Positions 1-8,243 of a stretch of 64,000 nt of DNA are shown in pieces. The notes under the pieces were generated by a model that worked only from the letters and a program-made list of their open reading frames with translations, was not told the DNA's origin and made no database searches. The position numbers were made by a program, and so were the translations under genes. This DNA comes from Puniceicoccaceae bacterium (GTDB lineage Bacteria; Verrucomicrobiota; Verrucomicrobiia; Opitutales; JAFGAQ01), in NCBI GenBank assembly GCA_028285755.1, contig JANQOQ010000010.1, positions 176,768 through 240,767 of the forward strand, read 5' to 3'. How positions within the stretch are numbered: position 1 is the first letter of the stretch; each line of letters starts with the position of its first letter.

Positions 1-755
1 GTCTCAAAGCTAAAAAAATCTCCTGTTCTGCCACAGCCTGCTTGAATGTCATCAATAATGACTAGTGCATTGATCTCTGAGGCAATTTCAAATAATTGCT
101 CTAACCATGCCTTGTTTGCTTTTCTCACACCTCCTTCACATTGAATGATCTCAAGGATGAATGCTGCAGGCAGATCCTTTGAAGCGGTGATATTATGGAT
201 ATAATTATTCAAACATTTGAGTGATGTTTTCGCCATTTCGGCGGAATGACCAAATGGAATAATTGCCGTATCCTTTAAATCTACACCAGAAGATGCCCTT
301 CTTGATCTAGACGCAGATAGAGAAATTGAGCCTATGGTAGAGCCATGAAAGCATCCTTCGAATGAAACGACATTAGAGCGGCCTGTAAACTTTCTCGCCA
401 GTTTTATTGCAGCCTCAACCGCATTAGTGCCCGTAGGTCCAGTAAACTGGAATTTATATTTATAGCCTCTTGGCTTAAGAATAATAGTATTAAACGCTTC
501 AATGAATTCTTGCTTCACCCTAGTTCCCATATCTAGTGAGTTAACCACTAAACTTTGTTCCAAAAAATCAATTAAGGATTTCGAGAGTAAAGGGTTATTA
601 TGTCCATAATTGAGAGACCCTGCTGCACAAAAAAAATCTAAATATTTATTCTGATCAATGTCATAAATGTATTCATTTTTAGCTACATCAAAAATTGTAG
701 GGAAAACCCGAATATAATTACGAACATTGGATTCAAGTTGTTTAAATGTCTTCAT
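1..755 (-). CDS. Class-III PLP aminotransferase, diaminobutyrate--2-oxoglutarate transaminase-like (5' part only; gene runs off the window start)
   Basis: Not in the ORF track (edge-truncated). Own translation from ATG 755..753: MKTFKQLESNVRNYIRVFPTIFDVAKNEYIYD...LNYGHNNP...FTGPTGTNAVEAAIKLARKFTGR...CFHGST...IIDDIQAGCGRTGDFFSFE. The N-terminal pattern and the D-D-I-Q-x-G-x-GRTG motif are typical of class-III aminotransferases of the EctB/DABA-AT type. The start overlaps the stop of the upstream ORF (TCAT at 752-755). Confidence 0.75.
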   Translation of the reverse strand, partial: MKTFKQLESNVRNYIRVFPTIFDVAKNEYIYDIDQNKYLDFFCAAGSLNYGHNNPLLSKSLIDFLEQSLVVNSLDMGTRVKQEFIEAFNTIILKPRGYKYKFQFTGPTGTNAVEAAIKLARKFTGRSNVVSFEGCFHGSTIGSISLSASRSRRASSGVDLKDTAIIPFGHSAEMAKTSLKCLNNYIHNITASKDLPAAFILEIIQCEGGVRKANKAWLEQLFEIASEINALVIIDDIQAGCGRTGDFFSFE

Positions 756-1732
756 TTAGGCAATGCTCCTTCAATCAGCTTACTAACAATGTGCTCGTGG
801 TTTATATCTTCTTGTAGTAATGCTGACACGTATGATGAACCAATACTTAGATCCGGATGAGTTGAGATTTCAATGCAGTATGTTTCCCCTGTTTGGTCAG
901 AGTGTCGAAAATCTATCCTAGAATAACTCTCTAGACCAAGATCTTCATGTATTTTAATTGCAATATTCGAAACCTTCAAAAAAAGTGATTTTTCAGGAAG
1001 TCTGTATTTGACAGAACCATATAGAACATCTTTTCGTGTGATATAATCATATTTCAGTGCTTTCGAATTTTTTAGTATCTCTACACACCCAACAAAATAA
1101 ATGTCCCGCTTTTTGTCCTTCAATATAGCAACTTTAAGTTCGGTGCCATTAATGAATTCTTCGGCTATAATAGGTTGATTAAAATTTGAGACTAAATACT
1201 CGACTCGTTTATAAAGTCCTTTTTCGGAGAAAAATAGAGATTGCTCGTCAATCCCCAAAGCACCACCTTCCCATGTAGGTTTGATGAAAATTGGGAAATC
1301 TATTTTTAAATTTTTATCTTGGTAATTTATTATTTGTGCAAGTGGAACATTGTATCCCATTCCCCTTAAGATATTATTAGTGTGATACTTATGCCTACAT
1401 AAGGCCATATGATAAGCGCTAGACCCAACAATGGGGATGCTAAGAAATTTGCAAATCATTGGAACCATAGATTTTCGATCTACACCTATAGCTCCCTTAG
1501 ATTTATTAAAAACCACCGAAATTTCGTCTCTTTTTTGATATTCCAACAAAGACTTTGCGCCATCAAGTACTATGCATCTGAAACCTAATTTTCTAATTGC
1601 ACCAACTATGTCATCAATTTCGGATGGAAAAATCACATCTCCGTCATTTTTTTCAGATGTGGAGGAAAAAATTGGATTTTTTGAAATATCGTAGACAACT
1701 GCAACTGTTACTTGATTTTCAGTAATTTCCAT
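752..1732 (-). CDS. ATP-grasp enzyme, D-alanine--D-alanine ligase-like
   Basis: 326 aa with Ddl-like organisation: an N-terminal alpha/beta part (VAVVYD...), a central FPIFIKPTWEGGALGI, and a C-terminal SRIDFR...ETYCIEISTHPDL resembling the xRvDf...EvNtxPG motif of ATP-grasp ligases. There is a 13-nt gap to the integrase and a 4-nt overlap with the aminotransferase. Confidence 0.7.
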   Translation of the reverse strand: MEITENQVTVAVVYDISKNPIFSSTSEKNDGDVIFPSEIDDIVGAIRKLGFRCIVLDGAKSLLEYQKRDEISVVFNKSKGAIGVDRKSMVPMICKFLSIPIVGSSAYHMALCRHKYHTNNILRGMGYNVPLAQIINYQDKNLKIDFPIFIKPTWEGGALGIDEQSLFFSEKGLYKRVEYLVSNFNQPIIAEEFINGTELKVAILKDKKRDIYFVGCVEILKNSKALKYDYITRKDVLYGSVKYRLPEKSLFLKVSNIAIKIHEDLGLESYSRIDFRHSDQTGETYCIEISTHPDLSIGSSYVSALLQEDINHEHIVSKLIEGALPK

Positions 1733-1745
1733 AGATAACTTTCTG

Positions 1746-2723
1746 TTATCCTTTAACTGTCAGCTTAAATCTGGGGTGGTTTGCCAGGATGATGTTGCGT
1801 TGGGTATGTTGACTTACAGAGGCGTAAATGGATGTGGTAGCTATAGAACTATGACCTAAGAACTTTTGTATGACTCGGATGTCGGTTCCCTCATCTAAAA
1901 GTTGGGTCGCTATACTATGTCTAAAAACGTGTGGAGTTATAGATTGTAACCCTACTTGGTGCGTGCAACTTTTTACAATCGCTCTGATTGATTGCTCTGA
2001 GAGTCTATTGTTATCACGATTCAAGAAGATGAAATTCTCAAACTCCAATTTCCAGGATTTCCCATATTGTGATTTTAAAAGTTGCTCAAGTTTTTGAACA
2101 TATTCCTTACCACCACAAATTGGAATAATGCGATCCTTGTTTCCTTTTCCGCTAATGTGAAAACAACCATCACCCAGATTAAGACTTTTTACCTTCAGAT
2201 AGCTTACTTCGCTAACTCTCATTCCAGTATTAAAGAGTGTTTCAATTAAAACCAAATTACGTAGGGCTTTCTTATTAACTGAATCTAAGTATTCTGTTTT
2301 AGAATCTAAGGCATTATTGAGCTTTGATAGCAGTTTTGCTATTTCAGATCGTCCCAAGTGCCGGGGTAATTCGTGGGGAACTTTGATTCGAATATTTATC
2401 CGCTTAGTAGGATTATCAAGAATTATATCCTCTTCCTCCAGATATCCAAAGAATGCTTTTAGAGTAGCCAATTTTCGATTGATGGTTCTTGGCTTTGCTC
2501 CTTTGAAGGATCTCAGGAAATCTCTAAATTCATGTTTACTGACGTGAAGCCAAGTAAGAAGCGAAGTGTTTTTTTCGATGTATCCGCTGAATTGTTTGAG
2601 GTCTTGCTTGTAAGACTTCTGGGTATTTTGGCTGAGCCCCTTATCATATTTACAACTACTAATGAAATCTTCAATCATTGTGGATAGCTGAAGGTTTTTT
2701 TTGCTAAGTTTTTGAGAATGCAT
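1746..2723 (-). CDS. Tyrosine site-specific recombinase/integrase (XerC/D-like family)
   Basis: N-terminal SAM-like core-binding domain (SQNTQKSYKQDLKQF). The C-terminal catalytic domain has TGMRVSEV (Arg), HVFRHSIATQLL (H-x-x-R) and LGHSSIATTSIYASV (His...Tyr nucleophile). Confidence 0.9.
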   Translation of the reverse strand: MHSQKLSKKNLQLSTMIEDFISSCKYDKGLSQNTQKSYKQDLKQFSGYIEKNTSLLTWLHVSKHEFRDFLRSFKGAKPRTINRKLATLKAFFGYLEEEDIILDNPTKRINIRIKVPHELPRHLGRSEIAKLLSKLNNALDSKTEYLDSVNKKALRNLVLIETLFNTGMRVSEVSYLKVKSLNLGDGCFHISGKGNKDRIIPICGGKEYVQKLEQLLKSQYGKSWKLEFENFIFLNRDNNRLSEQSIRAIVKSCTHQVGLQSITPHVFRHSIATQLLDEGTDIRVIQKFLGHSSIATTSIYASVSQHTQRNIILANHPRFKLTVKG

Positions 2724-3150
2724 GCTTTGCAGTTCTCACAATTCATTTGACCATTCAAACTTCTTTGAATCTGTAACCGATAAGAAGCAGTCGTGGGCTT
2801 TTTTATCTTAATGGACTATTGAAATATCATATCTGAAAGGTATGGTCTCAATCTTAGAAAACAGTAAGTGATGCGGTTTTTAACCAATTCCTGTATGCAT
2901 TAATCACAAACTATAGCTGCTTTCAGGCTCTTTTAGAATTGTTTGAAAATTGCATTTCATTTAACTTTTAGCAGCCTATCCTGCGCTTAGAATTACTCAT
3001 ATAATAATTTTTATATGCTATCCTGGTTTTTTAATTAATCTAATCGCTTTTATATTATAAAAAAAGAGTATTTAATTTAAATAATAAATTATAAACTTAA
3101 TTTTTTTCTTGATTAATTTATTAAATTAATGATTATACGGAACCTTTCTT

Positions 3151-3780
3151 ATGGCCGTCCGCTCCGATACGTTTCCTCAAGTTCAAGCTACTCAATACAG
3201 TAGAATTCGTAGTAAGCTAAAAAATGGCGACGTATTATTGTGCTCCGGTGAAGGTTTGTTTTCAAATATGATACAACAGGCAACTGGTAGTATCTGGAGT
3301 CACGTAGGATTCATTCTACGATTAGATGATGTCGACAGAGTGATGCTACTTGAAAGTGTTGAACCCATTGGTGTTAGAACAATTAGGCTCTCAAAGTATT
3401 TAACTGGTTACGATGAAAAAGGAAAAACCCCCTACAAAGGTGGTTTAGTTATACTGCGCCACAAGGGTTTTGATAATATTGTAGATTCTCAAAAGCTGAA
3501 GGAGCTTATAAGATATGCTGTTGAGTGTTTTGGTCATCCATATGACAAGGACGAAATTGTAAAAATTGCCGCCCGCATTTTGGCGAGTAAAATACCATTC
3601 ACTCAAAAGCAGAAGAGGAAAATTAAACCCGATAAAGAGTTTATTTGTTCTGAGTATGTAGCTAGATGCTACGAAGAAGTTGGTGTCAATGTGCAATGGA
3701 ACAAATTAGGTTTTATTGCTCCCAATGATTTTGTAAAAGATCATAATTTCGAATTAGTAACTGTATTGAAAAGTAAGTAA
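3151..3780 (+). CDS. Permuted papain-like amidase, YiiX/YaeF (C92-like) family
   Basis: GDVLLCSG...SIWSHVGFIL (His first) followed late by FICSEYVARCYEEVG (Cys). The His-before-Cys order matches the circularly permuted NlpC/P60-type YiiX family. No signal peptide is evident. Confidence 0.6.
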   Translation: MAVRSDTFPQVQATQYSRIRSKLKNGDVLLCSGEGLFSNMIQQATGSIWSHVGFILRLDDVDRVMLLESVEPIGVRTIRLSKYLTGYDEKGKTPYKGGLVILRHKGFDNIVDSQKLKELIRYAVECFGHPYDKDEIVKIAARILASKIPFTQKQKRKIKPDKEFICSEYVARCYEEVGVNVQWNKLGFIAPNDFVKDHNFELVTVLKSK

Positions 3781-3828
3781 ATTATCCTCATAAACTATTA
3801 TGGATGTTATTGGTGTTGCTTAAATTAT

Positions 3829-4257
3829 ATGGCATTAACAGATGAAGAGTGGAATAACCTAAATGAAAGATTGCTTCCAGTGCTTAAGGAAATGCAACGC
3901 TCGCGCAGGCCACTTAAAATTGTGATTTTTGTTTTTATGCTAATTTCTCTTTTTTTGATTGTTGCTATAATCTTAAAATACGTTTGGAGACTATACGTAG
4001 ATGTTCCGTTGGATATAGAGACACGAGTAATTTTTTTTGTATTCACATCAATGGTTTTTTCTAGTGCTCTTTTCGTATACTATTTCCTTATGCAAGGTTG
4101 CGATGATGCTATGCAACAATTTCGGTGCTCTATAGCATTATGTCATGAAAAGGGAATGTATGAAAGTCTGCCTTTGTTGTCCTGTTATATGAAGGCTTCT
4201 GAGACAGCATTGAATGTGCTGAAAAATGTTAACCCAAGAGCAAATCCGGATGAATAA
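3829..4257 (+). CDS. Small membrane protein (about 2 TM helices), function unknown
   Basis: Hydrophobic stretches IVIFVFMLISLFLIVAIIL and VIFFVFTSMVFSSALFVYYFL. It is co-directional with, and overlaps, the next ORF. I recognise no motif. Confidence 0.4.
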   Translation: MALTDEEWNNLNERLLPVLKEMQRSRRPLKIVIFVFMLISLFLIVAIILKYVWRLYVDVPLDIETRVIFFVFTSMVFSSALFVYYFLMQGCDDAMQQFRCSIALCHEKGMYESLPLLSCYMKASETALNVLKNVNPRANPDE

Positions 4258-5770
4258 CCCTATTGAATTGGAAAGTGAGAATTTGCTTTATATAAGAAAA
4301 AGAACTTTTTTTCGGAGATGGTTTACTTGGTTTATTGGTTTATCTTGGATATTAGGCGGTTTTTTTATAATTATTTATTTGAAAACCATTCAAGAAAAGT
4401 TGCAGGCTGATATTTTGGAAACTACCATTTTATTAAGTAATATAAGGAAAGATCATGAAGTGCTACGTAAATTTGTTGATTCTTCATTGAAAACAACAGG
4501 CGACGAAATTGAACATTTTTCTAATAAACTTGTAGATGTTGAGGTGGGTGCAAATGAGTTAGTTAGTACTGTGAGGGTAGATGTAGAGGCTATGAGTGTG
4601 AAGCTTCGAACAATGCAGGATGATTTCGGAGCTTTAGAGGAAGATCGCAAAAAAACTATTGGGTTGCTTCTTAAAACTTTAGACAGCATCTCATTAAAAT
4701 TGGAGGCCTTTGAAGAAGAATTTACTAATTCAATAAAGAATATTGAGGGTTTGGCTGATAATTTACGTTCGACAACAAGCGATATTTTGAGCTCGAATAA
4801 TGAGGAGCTTAATGAACTTTTGAATCGAGGTATAAATCTGATGAGGGTTGATGAAAAAAATTATCAAGCTGCATATAATATGTTTGAAAGTGCCCTTGGT
4901 TTAGCTAAGACGGATCAGCAAAGAATTAGAGTATTAACAGAGATGGCTATTAGTCAGATTAGTAGCCAGAAATTTTTGGATGCAATTAGGCTGCTTAAAG
5001 AAGCTTATAAGTTAGATAATACTGATGGTTTTATTGATTTTTTGCTAGGAGAAAGTTATTTTCTTTATGGTAAACAATCAGGGAATCCGCTTAGATATAA
5101 TGAAGCTATAAGGCACTTTAATAGAGCAATTAGGAATAATTATAAAATTCCTTCCCTGTACTATAAGCTAGGTGAAATCTATTCATCAGAGCTAAATAAA
5201 AACCTTGCTGCTGTTGGAGTTTATAGCGAGGCTATAGAATTATACCCGAAAAATTTGGAATTAATCCTGAAGAGGGCGGAGTCAAATTATAAGATCAATA
5301 GATTGAGGATGTCTATGACAGACTTATCGGTTTTATTGGAGCAGAATTATAAGCCCGAGATAAGTTGTTATTTGGTGGCTGATATAACACTAATTTTAAG
5401 AGAGCTAGAAGGTTATGACATTAATGAATCTCTTGCCTATTATGAAAAATCACTAAAAGCCTTAGAAGATATTAAAAATAACGATGAGGCATCCATGATA
5501 CTTACTAATCGCATATTGTCGCGATTATCTTTGATACGATATATTAAAAAAGAATATGATGAATCAATTATGAGTACTGATTTGATTGATCTGAATTTGA
5601 ACAGTAGTTCTATAGCGTGGTTATCAATGGCCTTATCTTATAGAGTGAAATCCGATAAGGTTAGTTTTAATCAGGCTTTTTCGACTTGGTTAGAGCTTAG
5701 AAATAGTGATGATGAAGAATTCATAAAGAGGGTTTTGGGAGATTCTTTTACTGAATTAGATTATAATTGA
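4226..5770 (+). CDS. Membrane-anchored coiled-coil + TPR-repeat protein
   Basis: N-terminal TM helix (FTWFIGLSWILGGFFIIIYL), a long charged heptad-like segment, then TPR-like repeats (AYNMFESALGLAK, AIRHFNRAIRNN, AVGVYSEAIELYPKN, AYYEKSLKAL). ATG 4250 (8-nt overlap with the preceding stop) is an alternative start. Confidence 0.6.
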   Translation: MLTQEQIRMNNPIELESENLLYIRKRTFFRRWFTWFIGLSWILGGFFIIIYLKTIQEKLQADILETTILLSNIRKDHEVLRKFVDSSLKTTGDEIEHFSNKLVDVEVGANELVSTVRVDVEAMSVKLRTMQDDFGALEEDRKKTIGLLLKTLDSISLKLEAFEEEFTNSIKNIEGLADNLRSTTSDILSSNNEELNELLNRGINLMRVDEKNYQAAYNMFESALGLAKTDQQRIRVLTEMAISQISSQKFLDAIRLLKEAYKLDNTDGFIDFLLGESYFLYGKQSGNPLRYNEAIRHFNRAIRNNYKIPSLYYKLGEIYSSELNKNLAAVGVYSEAIELYPKNLELILKRAESNYKINRLRMSMTDLSVLLEQNYKPEISCYLVADITLILRELEGYDINESLAYYEKSLKALEDIKNNDEASMILTNRILSRLSLIRYIKKEYDESIMSTDLIDLNLNSSSIAWLSMALSYRVKSDKVSFNQAFSTWLELRNSDDEEFIKRVLGDSFTELDYN

Positions 5771-5818
5771 TTATATTACCAAAATATTGTCGTTTTGGAT
5801 CCCTGAAAATGCATCTTA

Positions 5819-5856
5819 TTGCATTTGAGAGTAAAGAGTGATTGGCTAAAATAAGC
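5819..5856 (+). repeat. Copy A of a ~36-nt intergenic motif beginning TTGCATTTGAGAG and containing GATTGGCT
   Basis: A 13-nt exact match and about 30 of 36 positions (hand alignment, no gaps) with 12730-12766. A weaker third copy lies at 12501-12533. Confidence 0.55.
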
Positions 5857-6221
5857 ACTTTGATTGCTTTGTTTGAGTAATCATCCTCCTTTTAGAATTT
5901 TTAATTCTCCTCTTAGCAAGATGTTTCAAGTCTTTTAAAGACGAAAAAGCACGAAGCAATGACATCACAGGCTAATCATGTTTTTATCATAAAACATCTT
6001 CGGGCTAGATTTGAGTAACATCTGAGCAATTTCCAAAATGCTAAATCTGATCTATGGAAAACCATTATTTTTTCCAAATCAAATGATTATCAGTATTGCT
6101 TTTGATGATTTTCAATAATTTTCTTGTATGATATCATCTGTTTGGTAATAACAACTTAATTAATTAGAATATTAGTTCTTTGTATCATTAATATATTTTC
6201 CTTAATATCCCGCTTATCAAG

Positions 6222-7769
6222 ATGTTATCAAATCACCGAGATGATATCCCAAATTTATCGGATGCAGAAGCTCTATCCTTTTTGTATCAAATTGCTGGTG
6301 TAGGCTTAATTGTATGGAACCTAAAACAAGAGTCTTTGTCCATTAGTCCTAATATCTGGGACTTATTCGGTTTTAGAGCAGATCCGGAGGAATATCATGA
6401 TGTAAACTTTTGGCAGGGTATTATCCATGTGGACGATTGGACAAACGTTAATCAGGCGATCAGTGATATAAAATTGAGGAAGACTTTATCGAAAGAGATA
6501 GTCTTTCGAATTAAGAAATCAGAGGATGACTTTTTATGGATTCTAGCACGAGTTCATAATGTTGAATACAACCAAAATACGACATTCAAAATAGTCGCCA
6601 GTCTAATTGAAGTTGACAGACTTAATAGCGATCATGTGGAGGCAAAATTACATTGGGATAGATATAGAAATCTTATAAATTCGTCACCAATCGGAGTTTT
6701 TGTAACATTAAGAGAGAACCCCAAAACTATTATTTATACTAATGACACATTAGCTGAAATCCTTGGAGTAGATGATATAGAAAACGAAGACTCCAAGATA
6801 TTGGAAAAGCGGTATATTCTAAGAGATCACGATTTTACTCAATTTATTTTAGAAACAGACAAAAAAAGAATGTTAGCACTTCTAAATGATAAATACCTCA
6901 ATGATACAAGTGTAAAGGAACTTAAAATGATTACTCAAGATTCTAAAATTTTGGATGTTGAGGTGAAAATAATAGTTTCGGATTGGGAAGAAAAGGAGGC
7001 AATTTATTTCTTTATTCAAGACGTTACTCAAAGAAAGCTAGAGCGGGATCAATTAGCGATGGCAAATGAGGATCTCGAGAGATTTACATACTCTGTTTCG
7101 CATGATCTTAAAACACCATTAACGACTATTCGTAGCTTTTTGGGAGAACTTCAAAAAGAATCTCGAGAGCGTAATTCAGAGCTATTTATAGAAGATCTAA
7201 ATCGGATTACTAGGGCAGCAGGTCGCCTAGAGAAATTAGTTGCTGGTCTATTAGAACTTTCAAGAATTGGTAGATTTCACACAGAAAAAGAGACTGTATC
7301 ACTTGAGAATGTAGTATCTAAGCAACTAGAAAGTTTAAGTGAAATGGTGAAGAATTCTAATGCGGCCATTATAGTGGGAAAGCTACCTACAATTAAGGCT
7401 GTAAGAGTTAGAATGCATCAATTAATGCAAAATCTAATTCAAAATGCCGTGAAATTTATGGGCGATGAAAAAAAGCCAACTGTTGAGATCGGGTCCATTA
7501 AGAAAAACGATATGTACATCGTTTTTGTGAGAGATAATGGTATCGGGATAGAAGATAATCACAAAGAAAGAATTTTCGAAGTGTTTAGTCGGTTAAACCC
7601 TAAAATTGATGGTACTGGTGTTGGACTTGCTGAAGCAAAAAGAATAGTGGAAACACACGATGCTAATTTATGGGTTGAGGAAAGTCCCCCTAGAAGCTGG
7701 AACCCCAAAGGAAAAGGTTCCACTTTCTGTATATCATTTCCCGAAAGCTCGATTATAAATTGGAGATAA
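6222..7769 (+). CDS. Cytoplasmic PAS-domain sensor histidine kinase
   Basis: No TM segment. There are two PAS-like regions, H-box FTYSVSHDLKTPL, N-box LMQNLIQNAVKF, G1 DNGIGI and G2 GTGVGLA. Confidence 0.9.
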   Translation: MLSNHRDDIPNLSDAEALSFLYQIAGVGLIVWNLKQESLSISPNIWDLFGFRADPEEYHDVNFWQGIIHVDDWTNVNQAISDIKLRKTLSKEIVFRIKKSEDDFLWILARVHNVEYNQNTTFKIVASLIEVDRLNSDHVEAKLHWDRYRNLINSSPIGVFVTLRENPKTIIYTNDTLAEILGVDDIENEDSKILEKRYILRDHDFTQFILETDKKRMLALLNDKYLNDTSVKELKMITQDSKILDVEVKIIVSDWEEKEAIYFFIQDVTQRKLERDQLAMANEDLERFTYSVSHDLKTPLTTIRSFLGELQKESRERNSELFIEDLNRITRAAGRLEKLVAGLLELSRIGRFHTEKETVSLENVVSKQLESLSEMVKNSNAAIIVGKLPTIKAVRVRMHQLMQNLIQNAVKFMGDEKKPTVEIGSIKKNDMYIVFVRDNGIGIEDNHKERIFEVFSRLNPKIDGTGVGLAEAKRIVETHDANLWVEESPPRSWNPKGKGSTFCISFPESSIINWR

Positions 7770-7772
7770 TTT

Positions 7773-8243
7773 ATGAACAACATTAATATAGAAGAATTCA
7801 TTGTGTTACTGGTCGAAGATGAAGCAGATCATCAAGAAATGATTAGAAGGAATCTTTCCTTGCCAAATGATCAGCAACTTAAAATTGTAGATGATGGTGA
7901 GGATGCATTATCGTATTTATTTCGTGAAGGTGACTATGCTAACCCTGAGATTTCACCGACACCTTCTTTAATCTTACTTGATATTAATTTGATTCGAGTA
8001 AACGGCACTGAAGTATTAAAGATCCTGAAGTGCTCTGATGAGGCTAAGGCATTAGACCTTCATAAAATACCCGTGGTTATTGTGACTACTTCCTCTACGG
8101 ATAAGGATAAAATTGAGGCCTATGATAACTATGTAAACAGTTACTTATTAAAACCAGGGGAAGCTGAAGATTGGAAGAAATTAGTAAAAGAAATTCAGCA
8201 GTATTGGATGGGCTTTAATTTGTCCACAAGCCATAATGTTTGA
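7773..8243 (+). CDS. Stand-alone response-regulator receiver (CheY/Rcp1-like), no output domain
   Basis: 156 aa: LLVEDEADH (acidic pocket), LILLDINL (phospho-acceptor Asp), VVIVTTSS, SYLLKP (Lys). It starts 3 nt after the kinase stop. Confidence 0.9.
   Translation: MNNINIEEFIVLLVEDEADHQEMIRRNLSLPNDQQLKIVDDGEDALSYLFREGDYANPEISPTPSLILLDINLIRVNGTEVLKILKCSDEAKALDLHKIPVVIVTTSSTDKDKIEAYDNYVNSYLLKPGEAEDWKKLVKEIQQYWMGFNLSTSHNV

Noticed and set aside
3112-3130. AT-only inverted repeat ATTAATTT-ATT-AAATTAAT just upstream of the YiiX-like gene, considered as an operator
   Set aside because: It lies in extremely AT-rich low-complexity DNA where such palindromes arise by chance. It may still overlap a promoter, but nothing specific supports a binding site.
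5779-5798. Hairpin CCAAAA-N8-TTTTGG after the TPR gene, considered as a terminator
   Set aside because: It has only a 6-bp AT-rich stem, a large loop and no following T-tract, which is too weak to call.
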